Below are positions 62,201 through 64,000 of a DNA stretch of 64,000 nt, piece after piece. The stretch comes from Azolla caroliniana (Eukaryota > Plantae > Polypodiophyta), in assembly GCA_043228905.1 (NCBI GenBank), contig JBHGNT010000004.1, positions 13,082,001 to 13,146,000 of the forward strand, read 5' to 3'. Each line of letters opens with the position of its first letter. Position 1 is the stretch's first letter. Position numbers and translations under genes: made by a program. Under the pieces are notes generated by a model. It had not been told where the DNA came from. It saw nothing but the letters and a program-made list of their open reading frames with translations, and did not search any database.

Positions 62201-64000
62201 CCATACCGCGTGCGAAAGGCGGTCTTCCGTTCATCTCCCGGTCGGATCCGCACGAGGTTATACGCTCCTCGTAGATCGATTTTGGTAAAAAAACTTGGCA
62301 CCATTAACTCGCTCCAAAAGACTTGATATAAGAGGAAGTGCATACCTATTCCGGATGGTGACCTTATTCAATCCGCGGTAATCAACGACGAGACAAATTG
62401 AGCCATCTTTCTTCTTGACAAAGAAGATGGGTGCACCGGCCGGAGATTTCGAATGACGGATGAACCCGCTTGCCAAGTTCTCCTCTATGTAGGCTCGAAG
62501 GACTTCTAACTCGGTGGGTGACAAGTTGTAAATTGGTCCCCATGGTGGCTCGGTTCCTGGTTGTAAATCGATGGGATAGTCATAGGGACGGTGATGAGGA
62601 AGGGTACCGGCTTTTACCTTGTCAAATACATCGGCATAAGGATGATATTTTGCCGAAAGTTGTACTGAGGAGTCCTTCTTAATAGTGCTGGAAGGATGTA
62701 TTGATATTGCAAATATGAACATTGCCTCCTTGTGTCCTTCTTCGCGTAATTGATGGAGTGAAATGGTCGAAACTCGGTGAGTAGATTCTTGGGGTGGTCG
62801 ATAGCGGACTTCTCTTGTTCTCCAATCTATGGCTGGATTATGTAATTCAAACCAAGGTAATCCTAGGACAATGGGATGCTCTGGACTACTAATTATATTA
62901 AATGATACTACACACACAAAACTACGTAGGACAACTTGAATGGGTTCTGATTCTTCTACAATATTCCCGGAAGCAATGGGACAACCATCAATGACTACTA
63001 CAGATGCGGGACAAGGAAGTTTTCTTAGGGATATCTGAGAAGCTTGGGCAAAATTTCGATCTATGAAACAAGAATTAGCTCCAGAATCTAAGAGTGCTAG
63101 GATGGGTACTGGGGGAGTACTTTTAGTACTAACAATGACTTGGGCTAGGAACACATTGCTAACTTGCTTGGAAGGAATGGAACCACTAATGGGCTGTACA
63201 GATCTAGGGCTGCTGTCCAACCAAACGGCTCCTATTTTGGCTGGACTCAATCGTTTAACTCTTCATCTAATTGACTAAGGATTTCAAATTTGTTTGAGAT
63301 ACTTGGGCTATTAGTACTATGAATACTATCTGACACTCTATTAGTACTATTAATACTATCAGACACTCCGAAGGGAAGAATTGACTCGGGTTTAGTACAG
63401 GCGACGATTTGATTTACCTGTCTTCTTGGCCTATGGGGACAATTGATGGCGATATGCCTTGCTCCACCGCAATAAAGGCATAATCTATTGGCACGTCGTC
63501 GTTGCTTTTCTTCTTCCGATAACGGGCCGCGTCGACGCATGGTGTCAATCTCCATCGGTGTCGGAATATTGGCTTGAGGTACATCGCGTGCAAACGGTTT
63601 AGCCGTGACTGAGGCGTATGTGGGTTCCGGCCAAGAGCGTGGTATTTGTAACTGACGCTCCGAACGCCGTTCGAAAAGGCGGTTGTCGCATCGGACCGCT
63701 CGACTGATTGCCTCCGTAAGAGAGTTTGGTTCTTCGGGGAAGGTTAAAAGCAGATCTTTGACATCATTGCGCAAGCCGTAGCGAAACTGCTCCATGAGGG
63801 CCTGATCATCCCAAGGAATATCTGAGGCGAGTAGACGGAAATCCGCCGCGTAGGCAGAGGCTGGACGATCGCCTTGACGCAATCTTCGGATCTTGTTGAT
63901 CGTCGTCCTGATGCTGTCGGTATCTCCAAAGCAGGCTTTAAACTCACCAATAAAATCTTCAAAGTTATTAAACAAGGGGGATTGTTTTTCTAGAAGCGGA
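59236..64000 (-). mobile_element. Tcn1-like chromovirus with disrupted pol, 5' end outside window
   Basis: 3' LTR 59236-59666; PPT AAGGGGGAGA; pol pieces 59659-63250; gag 63247-64000. Confidence 0.93.
59594..59661 (+). other. tRNA-like cassette at the start of U3 (antisense to element)
   Basis: TGGTGTGATGGTTAAG ... GGGTTCGAGTC; AGATGG/CCATCT closing stem. Confidence 0.6.

Overview
Eukaryotic, almost entirely transposon-derived window with no intact host gene, rRNA, true tRNA gene or CRISPR array. It looks like a non-seed land plant (fern, lycophyte or bryophyte), inferred from Tcn1-like chromoviruses and plant-type EF1A and vWA fragments. Left half: a nest of tRNA-Trp-primed Ty3/gypsy elements. 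The host (774-23998) carries insertions at 1189-1864, 2430-5874 and 6430-22064; the last contains an Athila-like element (10238-19180) with a 3' extra ORF. An intact Ty1/copia follows (23999-29528). Middle: copia, gypsy and solo-LTR debris. Right half: a probable Sola-like DNA transposon with repeat arrays, containing a non-autonomous LTR element (43470-52666) with captured gene fragments, which in turn holds a young chromovirus (44375-49742); a second chromovirus runs off the end. Three signals stand out. (1) Two LTR families with unrelated LTRs lack a polypurine tract and instead carry a shared, structured, CCA-ending tRNA-3'-end mimic that is complementary to their own PBS. (2) One chromovirus 5' LTR has its R-U5 inverted exactly at a predicted 11-nt self-primer. 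(3) Four different LTRs carry antisense tRNA-like A/B-box cassettes in U3. All coordinates and alignments were read by eye.
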